From an uncultured Gemmatimonadaceae bacterium (lineage in GTDB: Bacteria > Gemmatimonadota > Gemmatimonadetes > Gemmatimonadales > Gemmatimonadaceae): a stretch of 64,000 bases of DNA. Below are positions 1 through 10,427 of this stretch, piece after piece (position 1 is the stretch's first letter; every line of letters begins with the position of its first letter). Made by a program: the position numbers and the translations under genes. The stretch is taken from contig CAVUDW010000003.1 of the NCBI GenBank assembly GCA_963740355.1, positions 1,568,001 to 1,632,000 on the forward strand, given 5' to 3'. A model generated the notes under the pieces. The model ran no database searches, was not told the origin of the DNA, and worked only from the letters and a program-made list of their open reading frames with translations.

Positions 1-427
1 AGAACACGATGTCGATCACGGTGATCTGCGCCACGACAGCCCACAGGCCCTTGCCCGAGTCCTTGCTCTTCTTCGCCAGCTCGCTGCGTTCGTCCTCTTC
101 CAGCTTGTGATGGATTTCGGTGGTCGCCTTGCCGATCAGGAACAGGCCGCCGACGATCAGGATCAGGTCCTTGCCGGTGATCTCGCGTCCCAGCACCGCG
201 AACAGTGGCGTGGTCAACTTCATGATCCACGTGATGCTGAACAGCAGCGCCATTCGCGACACGAACGCCCCGGCCAGGCCGAGGCGTCGCCCGCGCGGCT
301 GCTCGTTCACCGGCAGCGAACCCGCCAGGATCGAGATGAAGATGATGTTGTCGATCCCGAGCACGATCTCGAGCAACGTCAGCGTCGCGAGACCGATCAG
401 GGCGTCGGCGGTGAGCAGGTGCGACAT
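1..427 (-). CDS. TerC family membrane protein (runs off window start)
   Basis: Manual translation MSHLLTADALIGLATLTLLEIVLGIDNIIFISIL...GKDLILIVGGLFLIGKATTEIH matches the TerC signature LEIVLGIDN; not in the ORF track because it is partial. Confidence 0.9.
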   Translation of the reverse strand, partial: MSHLLTADALIGLATLTLLEIVLGIDNIIFISILAGSLPVNEQPRGRRLGLAGAFVSRMALLFSITWIMKLTTPLFAVLGREITGKDLILIVGGLFLIGKATTEIHHKLEEDERSELAKKSKDSGKGLWAVVAQITVIDIVF

Positions 428-566
428 GGCATGCGGGTGGGAGATGAAGCACGCGCGGCATCACCAAAGGGATGACGCCGCGCGAAAATGAAGCTAACGC
501 AGCTCGCTCAGCGCCCAGAACAGGCCGGGTCTGTCACGAGCAGTGCGGTGCCGCGAAGAACAGGGC

Positions 567-1382
567 TCAGGGGCTGGTGCCGGGCACACGCCATTGCGAC
601 GACGAGAAGAGTCGCGCATCGAGTGCCGTGTTCAGCAGTACCTCGGTGTACTGCTCCTTGAAGAACGGCTGTCCCTCGCGAAGAAACACGATTTCGTGAA
701 CGACTGGTACACCGCTGAGTACGCGATAGTCACCGAGCCTGAATTCCGTTGAGGGACGCGGTCCTTGCGATGATCCGAGTGCTGCGCGATCGATCACGCG
801 GTGCACTACCCACGTCTCGGCGTCGACCCAGAACTGTGGCGAGCCAAGGTCGGTCGGGCCCGTCGCGCCCACCACCCACACGGCGCGACCATTCCAGTTG
901 TCGCGGCGGAGCTTGGTAAGATCGACGCCCAAGCCCGTCAGCTGCCTTACGCTGGTGGTGACCGGCTGCGCGTAGACGTCAGCCGTGAGCACCAACAGGA
1001 TGTTCACCTGAGCGACGGTGCGCGCGAGCTTCCCGCCCTCGAATGAATAGACGTTGCCGTCCGCGTAGATCGCGCCGTTGCCACCGCTCGCGGGCAGGAA
1101 CTCGATCCGCAGCCGGCCCGGCACCAGCATGTATTCCTTCCACTGCGAGCGCTCGGTACGGCCGTTCGCCGCGTAGCGCGTGTTCTCCTGTGTGAACTGC
1201 AGTGTCTGAAACCACTTGCCCTCATACTTCGAGTACATCCGCTGCACGACATCGGTACCGGTGGTCGGCGGTGGCGGCGCGGAGGGACCACCGGACGAAA
1301 GGCTCACGCAGCCTGACGCAGTGAGCGTAGCACCGATCAGCAGTGGGCGGATCAGGCGCTGGAGTGAACGAAGTCGAATCAT
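567..1382 (-). CDS. Lipoprotein, probable LolA-like / outer-membrane lipoprotein-sorting fold
   Basis: ATG at 1382 overlaps the chrA stop (ATGA); signal peptide with lipobox (LTASGC); beta-rich W...PGRLRIE pattern. Confidence 0.6.
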   Translation of the reverse strand: MIRLRSLQRLIRPLLIGATLTASGCVSLSSGGPSAPPPPTTGTDVVQRMYSKYEGKWFQTLQFTQENTRYAANGRTERSQWKEYMLVPGRLRIEFLPASGGNGAIYADGNVYSFEGGKLARTVAQVNILLVLTADVYAQPVTTSVRQLTGLGVDLTKLRRDNWNGRAVWVVGATGPTDLGSPQFWVDAETWVVHRVIDRAALGSSQGPRPSTEFRLGDYRVLSGVPVVHEIVFLREGQPFFKEQYTEVLLNTALDARLFSSSQWRVPGTSP

Positions 1383-2521
1383 GAAGAAAAGAGGTGAGAG
1401 ACTGCTGCGAGAATGCCGACCGACGCGGCACCGAGCAAGAGCATCGTGGCAGACCATCGCACCAGCAGCACCAATGCGGCCGCGAGCAGACAGACCGGCC
1501 ACTGCCACGGTAGCATCGGCCACGCGAAACCAACCACCGCGCGGCCGAGCAGCGCCACGCTCGCGAGTACTACGCCGTCGAGTGCGGCACGTGTCAGTCT
1601 CGATCGTTGCACGAGCCGTCGCACCGGCTCACCTGCCAACGGGCTGAGAAACGCAGGCAGGAAAATTCCGACCGTCGCTGCCAGCGCACCGATGTGCCCG
1701 CCGATCGAGAACCCGGCGGCGGTCGCAGTCGTGAACAGGGGCCCCGGGGTCACCTGCGCCAGTGCCGATGCCTGTGTCAGCGCCCCCAGACCAAGCCACC
1801 CTCGCTCGCCCACGAGATCCTTCTGCAGCCACGCAAACAACACGTAGCCACTGCCGAAGACACTCACGCCAGCGCGCAGGAAGTAGAGGAAGATCTCCAG
1901 CGCATCGGGTGTCGCAGAGTGCGCCGGCGGCACCAACTGCGCCCAGACAGTGCCGGCGCCAAGGAGCGTCATCGAGGCGACCGCCACACTGCGCACTATT
2001 CCCTTGCCGCCGCTCGCCGCGAGCATCGAAGCCACGGCGCCAACAACCAAAACCGCCAAGTCGGACGGCAGCAGCGCAGCGGCGATGGCCGTGACCGGAA
2101 TCACCACCCAGGCAGCGGGGCGCTCCGAGGCCTGTCGGCCAAATTTCCAGAGCGCCTCGACCAGCACAGCGACCACCACCGGCGTGAGCCAGAGCAGCAC
2201 CGACGACACGATCGGCGCGACGGCCGGCCCGCTCACCAGCACCGACAGCAGCCAGACCAGCAGTGCACTTGGCCCCACAAAACAGAGTCCGGCCACGATC
2301 GCGCCGCGCCAGCCGGCCTGCGCGTGACCAACGTGGATCGCCAGTTCGGTGGAGTTCGGCCCTGGCAGCAGCTGGACCACGCCCAGATGATCGAGAAACT
2401 CGGCACGGGTCATCCAGCCGCGGCGTGTCACCACTTCGGCCTCCATCACGGCCACGTGGGCCGCTGGACCGCCAAATGCGCTCACGCCAAGGCGCAGAAA
2501 CAGACGTGCGATCTCTTGCAC
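1379..2521 (-). CDS. chrA: Chromate efflux transporter (CHR family)
   Basis: [32 protein letters not shown] and QVTPGP motifs in two homologous halves; start uncertain (GTG 2521 or 2587). Confidence 0.9.
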   Translation of the reverse strand: MQEIARLFLRLGVSAFGGPAAHVAVMEAEVVTRRGWMTRAEFLDHLGVVQLLPGPNSTELAIHVGHAQAGWRGAIVAGLCFVGPSALLVWLLSVLVSGPAVAPIVSSVLLWLTPVVVAVLVEALWKFGRQASERPAAWVVIPVTAIAAALLPSDLAVLVVGAVASMLAASGGKGIVRSVAVASMTLLGAGTVWAQLVPPAHSATPDALEIFLYFLRAGVSVFGSGYVLFAWLQKDLVGERGWLGLGALTQASALAQVTPGPLFTTATAAGFSIGGHIGALAATVGIFLPAFLSPLAGEPVRRLVQRSRLTRAALDGVVLASVALLGRAVVGFAWPMLPWQWPVCLLAAALVLLVRWSATMLLLGAASVGILAAVSHLFSS

Positions 2522-2573
2522 CGTCCCGCGACTGTTTCCGGGGCCGTCCGGGGCCGTTAGCCTTGAACCTACG

Positions 2574-3308
2574 ATGTCATCACTCACGCACTCACCCGCT
2601 CCGCGACCGGCCGTCGTGCTGCTCAGCGGTGGACTCGATTCCACCACCGTCCTCGCCCATGCTATCGCCGAGGGCTTCGCCGCGCATGCGCTGACCTTTC
2701 GCTACGGCCAGCGCCACCAGCACGAAATCGTGGCCGCCCAGCGCATCGCCACCACCCTGGGCGCCAGCGGGCACGCGATCCTCGACATCAACCTGCGCGG
2801 TTTCGGCGGTTCAGCGCTCACCGACGCGTCGATCGAGGTGCCGAAGGACCGGAGCGCCGACGACCTCTCACATGGCATCCCGGTGACGTACGTGCCGGCG
2901 CGCAACACGATCTTCCTCTCGTTCGCGCTCGCCTACGCCGAAGTGCTCGGCGCCAGCGACATCTTCATCGGCGTGAATGCGCTCGACTACTCCGGCTATC
3001 CCGATTGCCGGCCCGAGTTCATCAGCGCCTTCGAAACGCTTGCCAACCTTGCCACGGCGTCCGCGGTGGAGGGGCGCACACGGGTCAAGATTCGCGCGCC
3101 GCTGCAGCAGATGACGAAGAAGCAGATCGTGGAGTTCGGCGTCAGCCTTGGCGTCGACTACACGGCGACCATCAGCTGCTACGACCCGTCGGACGATGGT
3201 GCGGCGTGCGGGCATTGCGACGCCTGCCAGTTGCGGCACAAGGGTTTTCGCGAGGCGGGGGTGACGGACCCGACACGCTACTCCGTGTTGCCGGCCGAGC
3301 TCACCTGA
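2574..3308 (+). CDS. queC: 7-cyano-7-deazaguanine synthase
   Basis: SGGLDS PP-loop, [19 protein letters not shown]...CGHCDAC zinc site. Confidence 0.97.
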   Translation: MSSLTHSPAPRPAVVLLSGGLDSTTVLAHAIAEGFAAHALTFRYGQRHQHEIVAAQRIATTLGASGHAILDINLRGFGGSALTDASIEVPKDRSADDLSHGIPVTYVPARNTIFLSFALAYAEVLGASDIFIGVNALDYSGYPDCRPEFISAFETLANLATASAVEGRTRVKIRAPLQQMTKKQIVEFGVSLGVDYTATISCYDPSDDGAACGHCDACQLRHKGFREAGVTDPTRYSVLPAELT

Positions 3309-3952
3309 TGTCGTACGCGGTGAAGGAGTGCTTCTACACGCTGCAGGGCGAGGGCGCGCAGAGTGGGCGGCCGGCGGTGTTTCTGCGCTTTGCCGGCTGC
3401 AACCTGTGGACCGGCCGTGAGGCAGATCGTGCGACGGCCGTCTGCAAATTCTGCGATACCGACTTCGTCGGCATCGGGCCCGATGGCGGCAAGTTCGCCG
3501 ATGCCGCGGCGCTGGCAGCACATGTCGATGCACGGTGGCCGGCCAACGCGTCGCCGCGCGCGCGCAAGCTGGTGGTGTGCACGGGCGGTGAACCGTTGCT
3601 ACAGCTGGATGAAGCGGCGATCGACGCGTTGCACGCGCGCGGATTCGAAGTGGCCGTCGAGACCAATGGCACGCAGCCCGCACCACGCGGGCTCGATCAC
3701 ATCTGCGTCAGCCCGAAAGCCAACGCCCCGCTGGTGCTGACGCACGGCACGGAGTTGAAGCTGGTGTATCCGCAGCTGGAAGCCGATGCCCAGCCGGAGC
3801 GCTTCGCCGATCTCGATTTTGAGCAGTTCCGTCTGCAGCCGATGGATGGACCGAACGCCGAAGCGAACACGCGCGCGGCGCTCGCCTATTGCCTCGCACA
3901 TCCGCAATGGCGCCTGAGCCTGCAGACACACAAATGGCTGGAGATTCGATGA
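3308..3952 (+). CDS. queE: 7-carboxy-7-deazaguanine synthase (radical SAM, Cx14CxxC type)
   Basis: [13 protein letters not shown] (Cx14CxxC), TGGEP, ETNG, LSLQTHK; TGATG coupling to queC. Confidence 0.95.
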   Translation: MSYAVKECFYTLQGEGAQSGRPAVFLRFAGCNLWTGREADRATAVCKFCDTDFVGIGPDGGKFADAAALAAHVDARWPANASPRARKLVVCTGGEPLLQLDEAAIDALHARGFEVAVETNGTQPAPRGLDHICVSPKANAPLVLTHGTELKLVYPQLEADAQPERFADLDFEQFRLQPMDGPNAEANTRAALAYCLAHPQWRLSLQTHKWLEIR

Positions 3953-4338
3953 GTACAGCAGGCCAACCCAGTGGGCACATCGTCGAGTTGCACCGCGACG
4001 TCACGTTCGAGGCGGCGCACCGGCTGCCGAACGTGCCCGAGGGGCACAAGTGTGCACGCTTGCACGGGCATTCCTTTCGCATTCGCCTCGTTGTGCGCGG
4101 GCCGGTCGATGCGCACACCGGCTGGCTGATGGACTTCGGCGAGATCAAGGCCGCCTGGGCCCCGCTCGACGCGCAGCTCGATCATTTCTACCTGAACGAC
4201 ATCACCGGCCTCGAGAATCCCACCAGCGAAGTGTTGGCGAAGTGGATCTGGGATCGCCTGATCGTGACGCTGCCGCAACTGAGTGCGGTGCAGGTGCACG
4301 AGACCTGCACGTCGGGGTGTGTGTACCGCGGGGAGTGA
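3949..4338 (+). CDS. queD: 6-carboxy-5,6,7,8-tetrahydropterin synthase
   Basis: [25 protein letters not shown] motifs; ATGA overlap with queE. Confidence 0.95.
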   Translation: MSTAGQPSGHIVELHRDVTFEAAHRLPNVPEGHKCARLHGHSFRIRLVVRGPVDAHTGWLMDFGEIKAAWAPLDAQLDHFYLNDITGLENPTSEVLAKWIWDRLIVTLPQLSAVQVHETCTSGCVYRGE

Positions 4339-4345
4339 CCCCTGC

Positions 4346-4725
4346 CCTCCGATCAAGGGGTCGGAGATCTTGATCGGAGAATTTCGGGCGTAACCCGTTG
4401 ACCGGCATCGGCTTGGCCTCCGATCAAGGGGTCAGAGATCTTGATCAATCAATGGGTCAGAGATCTTGGTCGGCGAATTTTGGGCGTAACCCGTTGACGG
4501 GCATCGACTTGGCCTCCGATCAAGGGGTCAGAGATCTTGATCAATCAAGGGGTCAGAGATCTTGATCGGCGAATTTCGGGCGTAACCCGTTGACCGGCAT
4601 CGACTTGGCCTCCGATCAAGGGGTCAGAGATCTTGATCGGCGAATTTCGGGCGTAACCCGTTGACGGGCATCGGCTTGGCCTCCGATCAAGGGGTCAGAC
4701 CCCTTGATCGAGATCTCGATCAGCT
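4346..4725. repeat. Tandem REP/BIME-like palindromic repeat cluster (71/96/96/71-bp units plus terminal perfect hairpin)
   Basis: Units start at 4346, 4417, 4513, 4609 and 4680. Core CCGATCAAGGGGTCAGAGATCTTGATCGG; near-identical linkers; last unit CGATCAAGGGGTC-A-GACCCCTTGATCG is a perfect inverted repeat. Confidence 0.9.
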
Positions 4726-4764
4726 GATGGCTTCGCGACACGGATACCGCCCGCCTGTCGCCAC

Positions 4765-7311
4765 TTACGCGATCTTCTTCTCCAACCGCGTCTGCCACGA
4801 CGCCGCCTCGGCCGGCTTACCCCACATCCGGTACAACGCCACCAGGCGCTTGCGCTGGTCGGCCACGGGACCGCTCTCCACCCCCCGCGCCTCACGCACC
4901 CGCGCCTCGGCCGAGAGCAGCAACTTCTCCGCCTCGGCATAGCGACCATCGAGTGCAATCACCTCGCCCAGCGCGCCATCCGTCGACGCCAGCAACCAGT
5001 GGCCCGCAGGCAGGCTCTTCTCGCGCAACGCACGCGCCTCACGGACCAACAACTCGCCCGCCTTGGCGGAATCCAAGTGCGCCAGGGCACGGCCGAGGTG
5101 CATCAGGCAGCCCTGCACCGGATAACTCGACTCCTCCAGCGACGTACCGCGCAGCGCGAGGATCTCGCGCGCCATCGTCGCCGCGTCGCGCCACTTCTCG
5201 CTCCGAATCAGGTGATCGGTGTAGTTGACACCGCTCACCGCGTAACTGATGTGCGTCGGACCAAGGATGCGGCGCTTGATGGCCAACGTTGCCAGGTACG
5301 CGGCCGTCGACTCGTCCATCCGATTCTGCATCTCGAGAATCCCGGCACGAATCGAATACGCGTTGGCCACCATCGGATGGTTCATCCCATGTGCGCGCTT
5401 CGCCGTCTCGATGCTCAGCAACGAAAAGGTGTCGGCCGCGGCCAGCTCGCCGGCCTCAGAAAAGATCACTGCCGCATTGGCAAAGGACGGAGCGCGCGCA
5501 GAATCATCCGCTGCGAAATAGCGCGCGCCGAGTGCCAGCGACTTGCGCATCTGCGACAGCGCCTCGGGCACACGACCCAGCTGGTACAGCACGCGCGCGC
5601 GATTTTCGATCGCGGTGCTCTCCTCACGCCGATCGGGATGCGGGAAGCGCGCATACATCAATTCGGCGACACGCAGCAGCGAGTCCGCCGCCGCCATGTT
5701 GCCGCGCGTTTCCTCTACGAGTGATAGCTGCGAGTACGTCACCGCTGCCCCATAACTCCCACCCGGGGCCAACCGGCGATGCGCTTCGAGGTCGAGTTCG
5801 AACTGCTTCTGTGCGATGTCGAGCTCACCCAGTGCGAGATAGGCACCACCCATGATGCCGCGGATCTCCGTCGCCAGCTCCGGTGACAACTTCGACGAGT
5901 CCGCGCGCAACACGGCGGAATCGAGCACCGTGCGCATCGTGACGTCCTTCCCGAACGATTCCGGGTTGGACGAATTGAGCATCGAGGTGAGGAATGACGT
6001 CACCTCGGTAGCACGCGCACTCTGTGCGGTCGCCACCACCCGCTGCGCCTCGGCACGACGCGCCTGCAACACGGCCGCCGCCGTGCCACCAATCAGCGAG
6101 AATGCCGCTACCGCCGCCGCGATCACCTCGAGCTTTCGACGACGCACCAGCTTGCGTACCCGGTAGCCCAGGCTGTCCGGACGTGCCTGCACCGGCTGCT
6201 GTTCGAGATGCTGCGTCACATCACGCGCCAGCGCGTCGACCGACGGATAGCGACGCTCGGGTTCCTTGCGCAGCGCCATCAGTGCGATCGCGTCGAGGTC
6301 GCCCTCGATGCGCTTGCGCGCGCGCGCAGCGGACCGCTCGCTGAGCACACGCCAGCGATTGACACCCAGCACACTGCTCGGGCGTGGGGCCGCCTGGTCG
6401 CAGACGATGCGCTCGATCTCGGCTAGCGACTTCCCCGTCAGGTCGAACGGGCGCTGGCCTGCCAGCAGTTCGAACAACACCACACCGAGCGCGTAGACGT
6501 CGGCCGTCGTGTCCACCGGCGTACCGCGGAGTTGCTCCGGTGCCGCGTACTCCGGCGTGAAGGCGCGATGCCCGTATTGCGTTGCGGTCGGCAGGTCCGG
6601 CACCTGCTCGTCGCGCATCAGCTTCGCAATGCCGAAGTCGAGCAGCTTCACCGTGCCGTCGGTGGTGACGAGGATGTTGCCCGGCTTGAGGTCGCGATGC
6701 ACGATCAGCTTCTGGTGCGCCGCGCGTACCGCCGCACACACCTGTCCGAAGAGCGCGAGGCGCGCCTCGACCGAGAGGCTGCGACCGTCACACCAGCGCG
6801 TGATCGGCTCGCCCTCGATGTACTCCATCACGAAGTACGGCAGTCCATCGGGCGTCATTCCCCCATCGACCAGCGACGCGATGTTCGGATGGTGCAAGCT
6901 GGCGAGCATCTGTCGCTCGGCCCGGAAGCGTCGCACGGCCACGCCGCCTTCCGTGGCGCGGCTGAGGAACTTCACGGCCACTCGCTGCCGGTATTGGTCA
7001 TCGGCGCGAATCGCCTCGTGCACCGTCCCCATGCCGCCCGATCCGATCTGCCGACCGATCTCGTAGGCACCCAATCGCGCACCAACCCAGCGTTCACTAA
7101 GATCCCGATCCTGACGCAGCGGGCTCGCGAAAACAGAATCGCTCAGTGCATGCGCTGAGAGCAGGGCGCGCAGTTCCGCCGCCAGTGCTGGGTCGTGTGA
7201 CGTGCTTTCATCGATGAACGACTCACGCGACGTCTCGGGCAGCCCGAGCGCCGCATCGAACAGCGACTCGAGGAGAGCGAGCCGCGTGGGGGTCATCGGT
7301 GCTTCAGCCAT
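4765..7311 (-). CDS. Hanks-type Ser/Thr protein kinase with TM segment and C-terminal TPR repeats
   Basis: GSGGMG, VAVK, HRDLKPGN, DFG, TPEYAAPE motifs; TM (VIAAAVAAFSLIGGTAAAVL); TPR-like helices. Confidence 0.95.
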   Translation of the reverse strand: MAEAPMTPTRLALLESLFDAALGLPETSRESFIDESTSHDPALAAELRALLSAHALSDSVFASPLRQDRDLSERWVGARLGAYEIGRQIGSGGMGTVHEAIRADDQYRQRVAVKFLSRATEGGVAVRRFRAERQMLASLHHPNIASLVDGGMTPDGLPYFVMEYIEGEPITRWCDGRSLSVEARLALFGQVCAAVRAAHQKLIVHRDLKPGNILVTTDGTVKLLDFGIAKLMRDEQVPDLPTATQYGHRAFTPEYAAPEQLRGTPVDTTADVYALGVVLFELLAGQRPFDLTGKSLAEIERIVCDQAAPRPSSVLGVNRWRVLSERSAARARKRIEGDLDAIALMALRKEPERRYPSVDALARDVTQHLEQQPVQARPDSLGYRVRKLVRRRKLEVIAAAVAAFSLIGGTAAAVLQARRAEAQRVVATAQSARATEVTSFLTSMLNSSNPESFGKDVTMRTVLDSAVLRADSSKLSPELATEIRGIMGGAYLALGELDIAQKQFELDLEAHRRLAPGGSYGAAVTYSQLSLVEETRGNMAAADSLLRVAELMYARFPHPDRREESTAIENRARVLYQLGRVPEALSQMRKSLALGARYFAADDSARAPSFANAAVIFSEAGELAAADTFSLLSIETAKRAHGMNHPMVANAYSIRAGILEMQNRMDESTAAYLATLAIKRRILGPTHISYAVSGVNYTDHLIRSEKWRDAATMAREILALRGTSLEESSYPVQGCLMHLGRALAHLDSAKAGELLVREARALREKSLPAGHWLLASTDGALGEVIALDGRYAEAEKLLLSAEARVREARGVESGPVADQRKRLVALYRMWGKPAEAASWQTRLEKKIA

Positions 7312-7314
7312 GCG

Positions 7315-7881
7315 TCACACCGCCTCGAGCGTCTTCAAGAGGAAGGCCCTCGCGAATGTCCAGTCACGCTTCACCGTCGCTGGCGAGACATCGAGCGCAA
7401 TCGCCGTCTCCTCGATGTCGAGTCCACCGAAGAAGCGCAGCTCCACCACCCGCGCCTGACGCGGCGCCATCGCTTCCAGTTGCTGCATGGCGTCGTCGAG
7501 CGCGATCAGGTCGAGTGAGCGCCCAGGTGCTTCTGCAACACCTTCGTCCAGCGTCACGCGCACGCCATGATCGCGCTTGATGCGTCGGCGCTGTCGTGCA
7601 TGATCGACGAGGATGCGCCGAATCATCTGCGACGCGACGGCATAGAACTGCGAGCGATTCGTCCACGAAGCCTGACGCTGGCCGAGCAGGCGCATCAGCG
7701 CCTCATCCACCAACTCCGTGGGTTGCAGCGTGTGCCCGTCGACTTCGCGACGCATGGCGCTTTCCGCGATGCGGTGCAACTCCGCCATCACCACGGCCGC
7801 CAGGCGATCTGCCGCGCCGGGCACGCCGGCACTCAGGTCGGCCAGCAACACGGTGACGTCAGAGTGTCCTGCATCGGTCAT
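7315..7881 (-). CDS. ECF sigma factor, TIGR02999-like (kinase-associated)
   Basis: HTLQPT.LV.EA, MIRRILVDHAR, VVELRFFGGL, SPATVKRDW.FARAFL; directly upstream of the kinase. Confidence 0.92.
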   Translation of the reverse strand: MTDAGHSDVTVLLADLSAGVPGAADRLAAVVMAELHRIAESAMRREVDGHTLQPTELVDEALMRLLGQRQASWTNRSQFYAVASQMIRRILVDHARQRRRIKRDHGVRVTLDEGVAEAPGRSLDLIALDDAMQQLEAMAPRQARVVELRFFGGLDIEETAIALDVSPATVKRDWTFARAFLLKTLEAV

Positions 7882-8054
7882 CCGGTGCTGCCTCCAGGTG
7901 CGGTGAGCCAACCAGACCGTGATGCCGATCCCGGATCTACATTAAGAGATACTCAGCAGTCTCGGCCGGGGCCATATCCCCCGCGTGATTTCCGTCGCAT
8001 CATTCCGTCTGCGACTCGCTCCTGAGCCGCGCCGACCAATCGCCGGAGACTCCC

Positions 8055-10118
8055 ATGCGTCGTGACACATCACAACTCCTGACAGCAAGCCTGCTCCTGC
8101 TTGCCGTCACGAGCACCATCCCAGCTCAGCAAACGGGCGCACCGCCGGCCAGCCGAAAAGTCACGGTCGCCGACTACCTCGAGTGGGAGGATGTTGGCGA
8201 TCCGCAGCTCTCGCCCGACGGCAAGCAGATCGCATTCACGCGGCGCAGCGTCGACAAGGTGAACGACAAGTGGGACACCGCGATCTGGGTGATGAACGCC
8301 GACGGCACACGGCAGCACAGCGTGGTCGCCGGTTCGGCACCTCGTTGGTCGCCCGATGGCAGCCGACTGCTCTACATCGCAACGGGCCAGCCCAGCGGCA
8401 TGCAACTCTGGGTGCGCTTCATGGATGGCGACGGAGGCACGACGCAGCTCACGCGATTGACCGAGGCGCCGACCGAACCAGAATGGGCGCCCGACGGAAC
8501 GCAGATCGCCTTCCGCATGAACGTGCCGACCAAGGAATCGTGGAACATCGCGCTCCCCGCGGCACCGAAGGGCGCCAAGTGGACGGACGCACCGCGCATC
8601 GTGCAGCGCCTCAACTATCGCTCCGATCGCGTCGGGTTCACCGATGATGGCTACCAGCACCTGTTCGTGATGTCCGCTGACGGCGGCCAGGCGCGACAGG
8701 TGACCAACGGCAACTGGAACCACAGTGCCGCACGATGGACGCCCGACAGCAAGGCGCTGCTGTTCAGCAGCCTCCGCACGCCGGATTCGGAAGGGGCGTG
8801 GCGTGAGTCAGAGATCTATCGCGCCGACATCAGCTCCGGCACGATCAGCGCGCTCACCCGTCGCAAGGGTCCTGACAACAACCCCGTCGCATCGCCCGAT
8901 GGCAAGCTGATCGCGTACACCGGATACGACTCCACCGATGCCACGTGGAAGGACGCAACGATCTACCTGATGAGCAGTGACGGTAGCAACCCGCGCGCGC
9001 TGAACGCCGCACTCGATCGTTCACCGCAGGGCATGATGTGGGCGCCTGATGGCAGCGGCGTGTACTACAACGTCGAGAACGAAGGCTACCGTCACCTGTA
9101 CTTCACATCGACCGCAGGACAGACGCGGCAGATCACGACGGGCAAGCAGGTGCTCAGCGTCACCGACGTCGATCGCCTCGGCAACATGGTCGGCATCCAG
9201 TCCACCGAGATGCAGCCCAACGACATCGTGCGCTTCAACGTGCGCACACCGGCCACCATCACGCGCCTCACGCACGTGAATGACGACGTGCTGGCCGGCA
9301 AGGAACTCGGTCGCACCGAAGAGATCTGGCTCACCAGCGTCGACGGATTCCGCATCCAGGGCTGGATCGTCAAGCCGGCCGACTTCGACCCGGCAAAGAA
9401 GTATCCGTTGATGCTCGAGATTCACGGCGGCCCACATGCCATGTACAACGGCGCCTTCAACATCTCGCGCCAGGATCACGTCGCCAACGGCTACGTGCTG
9501 CTCTACACCAACCCGCGCGGCTCCACCGGCTACGGCAGTGCATTCGGCAACGCGATCAAGAATGCCTATCCGGGCAAGGATTACGATGACCTGATGGCGT
9601 CGGTCGACACGGTCATCAATCGCGGCTACGTCGACACCAAGCGCATGTACGTCTTCGGCTGCTCCGGTGGTGGTGTCCTCACCTCGTGGATCGTGGGCCA
9701 CACCAATCGATTCGCCGCTGCCAGCGCCAACTGCCCGGTGATCGACTGGTTGAGCTTCGTCGGCACCACCGACGGCGCGAGCTGGTACCGCAACTTCGCG
9801 CAACTGCCGTGGGTCGATCCGTCCGAGCACCTGCGCCGTTCACCGCTGATGTACGTCGGCAACGTGAAGACCCCCACGATGCTGATGACGGGCGTGCTCG
9901 ACCTGCGCACCCCGATGCCGCAGACGGAGGAGTTCTACTCGGCCCTCAAGATGATGAAGGTCCCGACCGCCATGATCCGCTTCAACGAAGAGTGGCATGG
10001 CACCTCGTCCAAGCCGTCGAACTGGATGCGGACGCAACTCTACATGCGGAGCTGGTTCGACAAGTGGCCGGCGACGCAGACCACATCATCGCGCGACGGA
10101 CTGCGCGGACAGCAGTAA
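8055..10118 (+). CDS. Secreted S9 family peptidase (PD40 propeller + prolyl-oligopeptidase domain)
   Basis: Signal peptide, SPDG repeats, IHGGP, NPRGSTGYG, GCSGGG nucleophile, DLR and EWHG catalytic residues. Confidence 0.93.
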   Translation: MRRDTSQLLTASLLLLAVTSTIPAQQTGAPPASRKVTVADYLEWEDVGDPQLSPDGKQIAFTRRSVDKVNDKWDTAIWVMNADGTRQHSVVAGSAPRWSPDGSRLLYIATGQPSGMQLWVRFMDGDGGTTQLTRLTEAPTEPEWAPDGTQIAFRMNVPTKESWNIALPAAPKGAKWTDAPRIVQRLNYRSDRVGFTDDGYQHLFVMSADGGQARQVTNGNWNHSAARWTPDSKALLFSSLRTPDSEGAWRESEIYRADISSGTISALTRRKGPDNNPVASPDGKLIAYTGYDSTDATWKDATIYLMSSDGSNPRALNAALDRSPQGMMWAPDGSGVYYNVENEGYRHLYFTSTAGQTRQITTGKQVLSVTDVDRLGNMVGIQSTEMQPNDIVRFNVRTPATITRLTHVNDDVLAGKELGRTEEIWLTSVDGFRIQGWIVKPADFDPAKKYPLMLEIHGGPHAMYNGAFNISRQDHVANGYVLLYTNPRGSTGYGSAFGNAIKNAYPGKDYDDLMASVDTVINRGYVDTKRMYVFGCSGGGVLTSWIVGHTNRFAAASANCPVIDWLSFVGTTDGASWYRNFAQLPWVDPSEHLRRSPLMYVGNVKTPTMLMTGVLDLRTPMPQTEEFYSALKMMKVPTAMIRFNEEWHGTSSKPSNWMRTQLYMRSWFDKWPATQTTSSRDGLRGQQ

Positions 10119-10123
10119 GCGGG

Positions 10124-10306
10124 ATGGAAATTCGCTGCGGTGACTGCTCGGCCGTACTCCCGGATGGCGCCGCGAGTTGCCCCGCCTGCGGACGCACGCT
10201 CGGCTCGGCACCGAAAGGAAAGCGGCCGAAGTTGCTGATCTGGGCGGTGGTCGCCGCAGCGGTCGAGGTCGCCCTCACGCTAGTGGTGATGCGAGGGTGT
10301 CGGTGA
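10124..10306 (+). CDS. Small zinc-ribbon membrane protein
   Basis: MEIRCGDC...CPACG followed by a TM helix; starts 5 bp after the S9 stop. Confidence 0.7.
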   Translation: MEIRCGDCSAVLPDGAASCPACGRTLGSAPKGKRPKLLIWAVVAAAVEVALTLVVMRGCR

Positions 10307-10427
10307 CGACCGGTCTGGGGGGTGCAACGGAAGGGCCCCCCGGATCGTCCCTGCTCCAGCACCCTCTGACTGACACAATCAGACGGGTTTGGCGTAGAAT
10401 GTCAGTCACCCTTTTCACGGAGTTCCG

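Noticed and set aside
4346..4725. CRISPR array
   Set aside because: The segments between hairpins are nearly identical rather than unique spacers, unit length varies by internal duplication, and no cas genes are present.
6572..6580. CCGTATTGC match to the att junction
   Set aside because: Lies inside the kinase CDS with no hairpin or tRNA sequence; a chance match.
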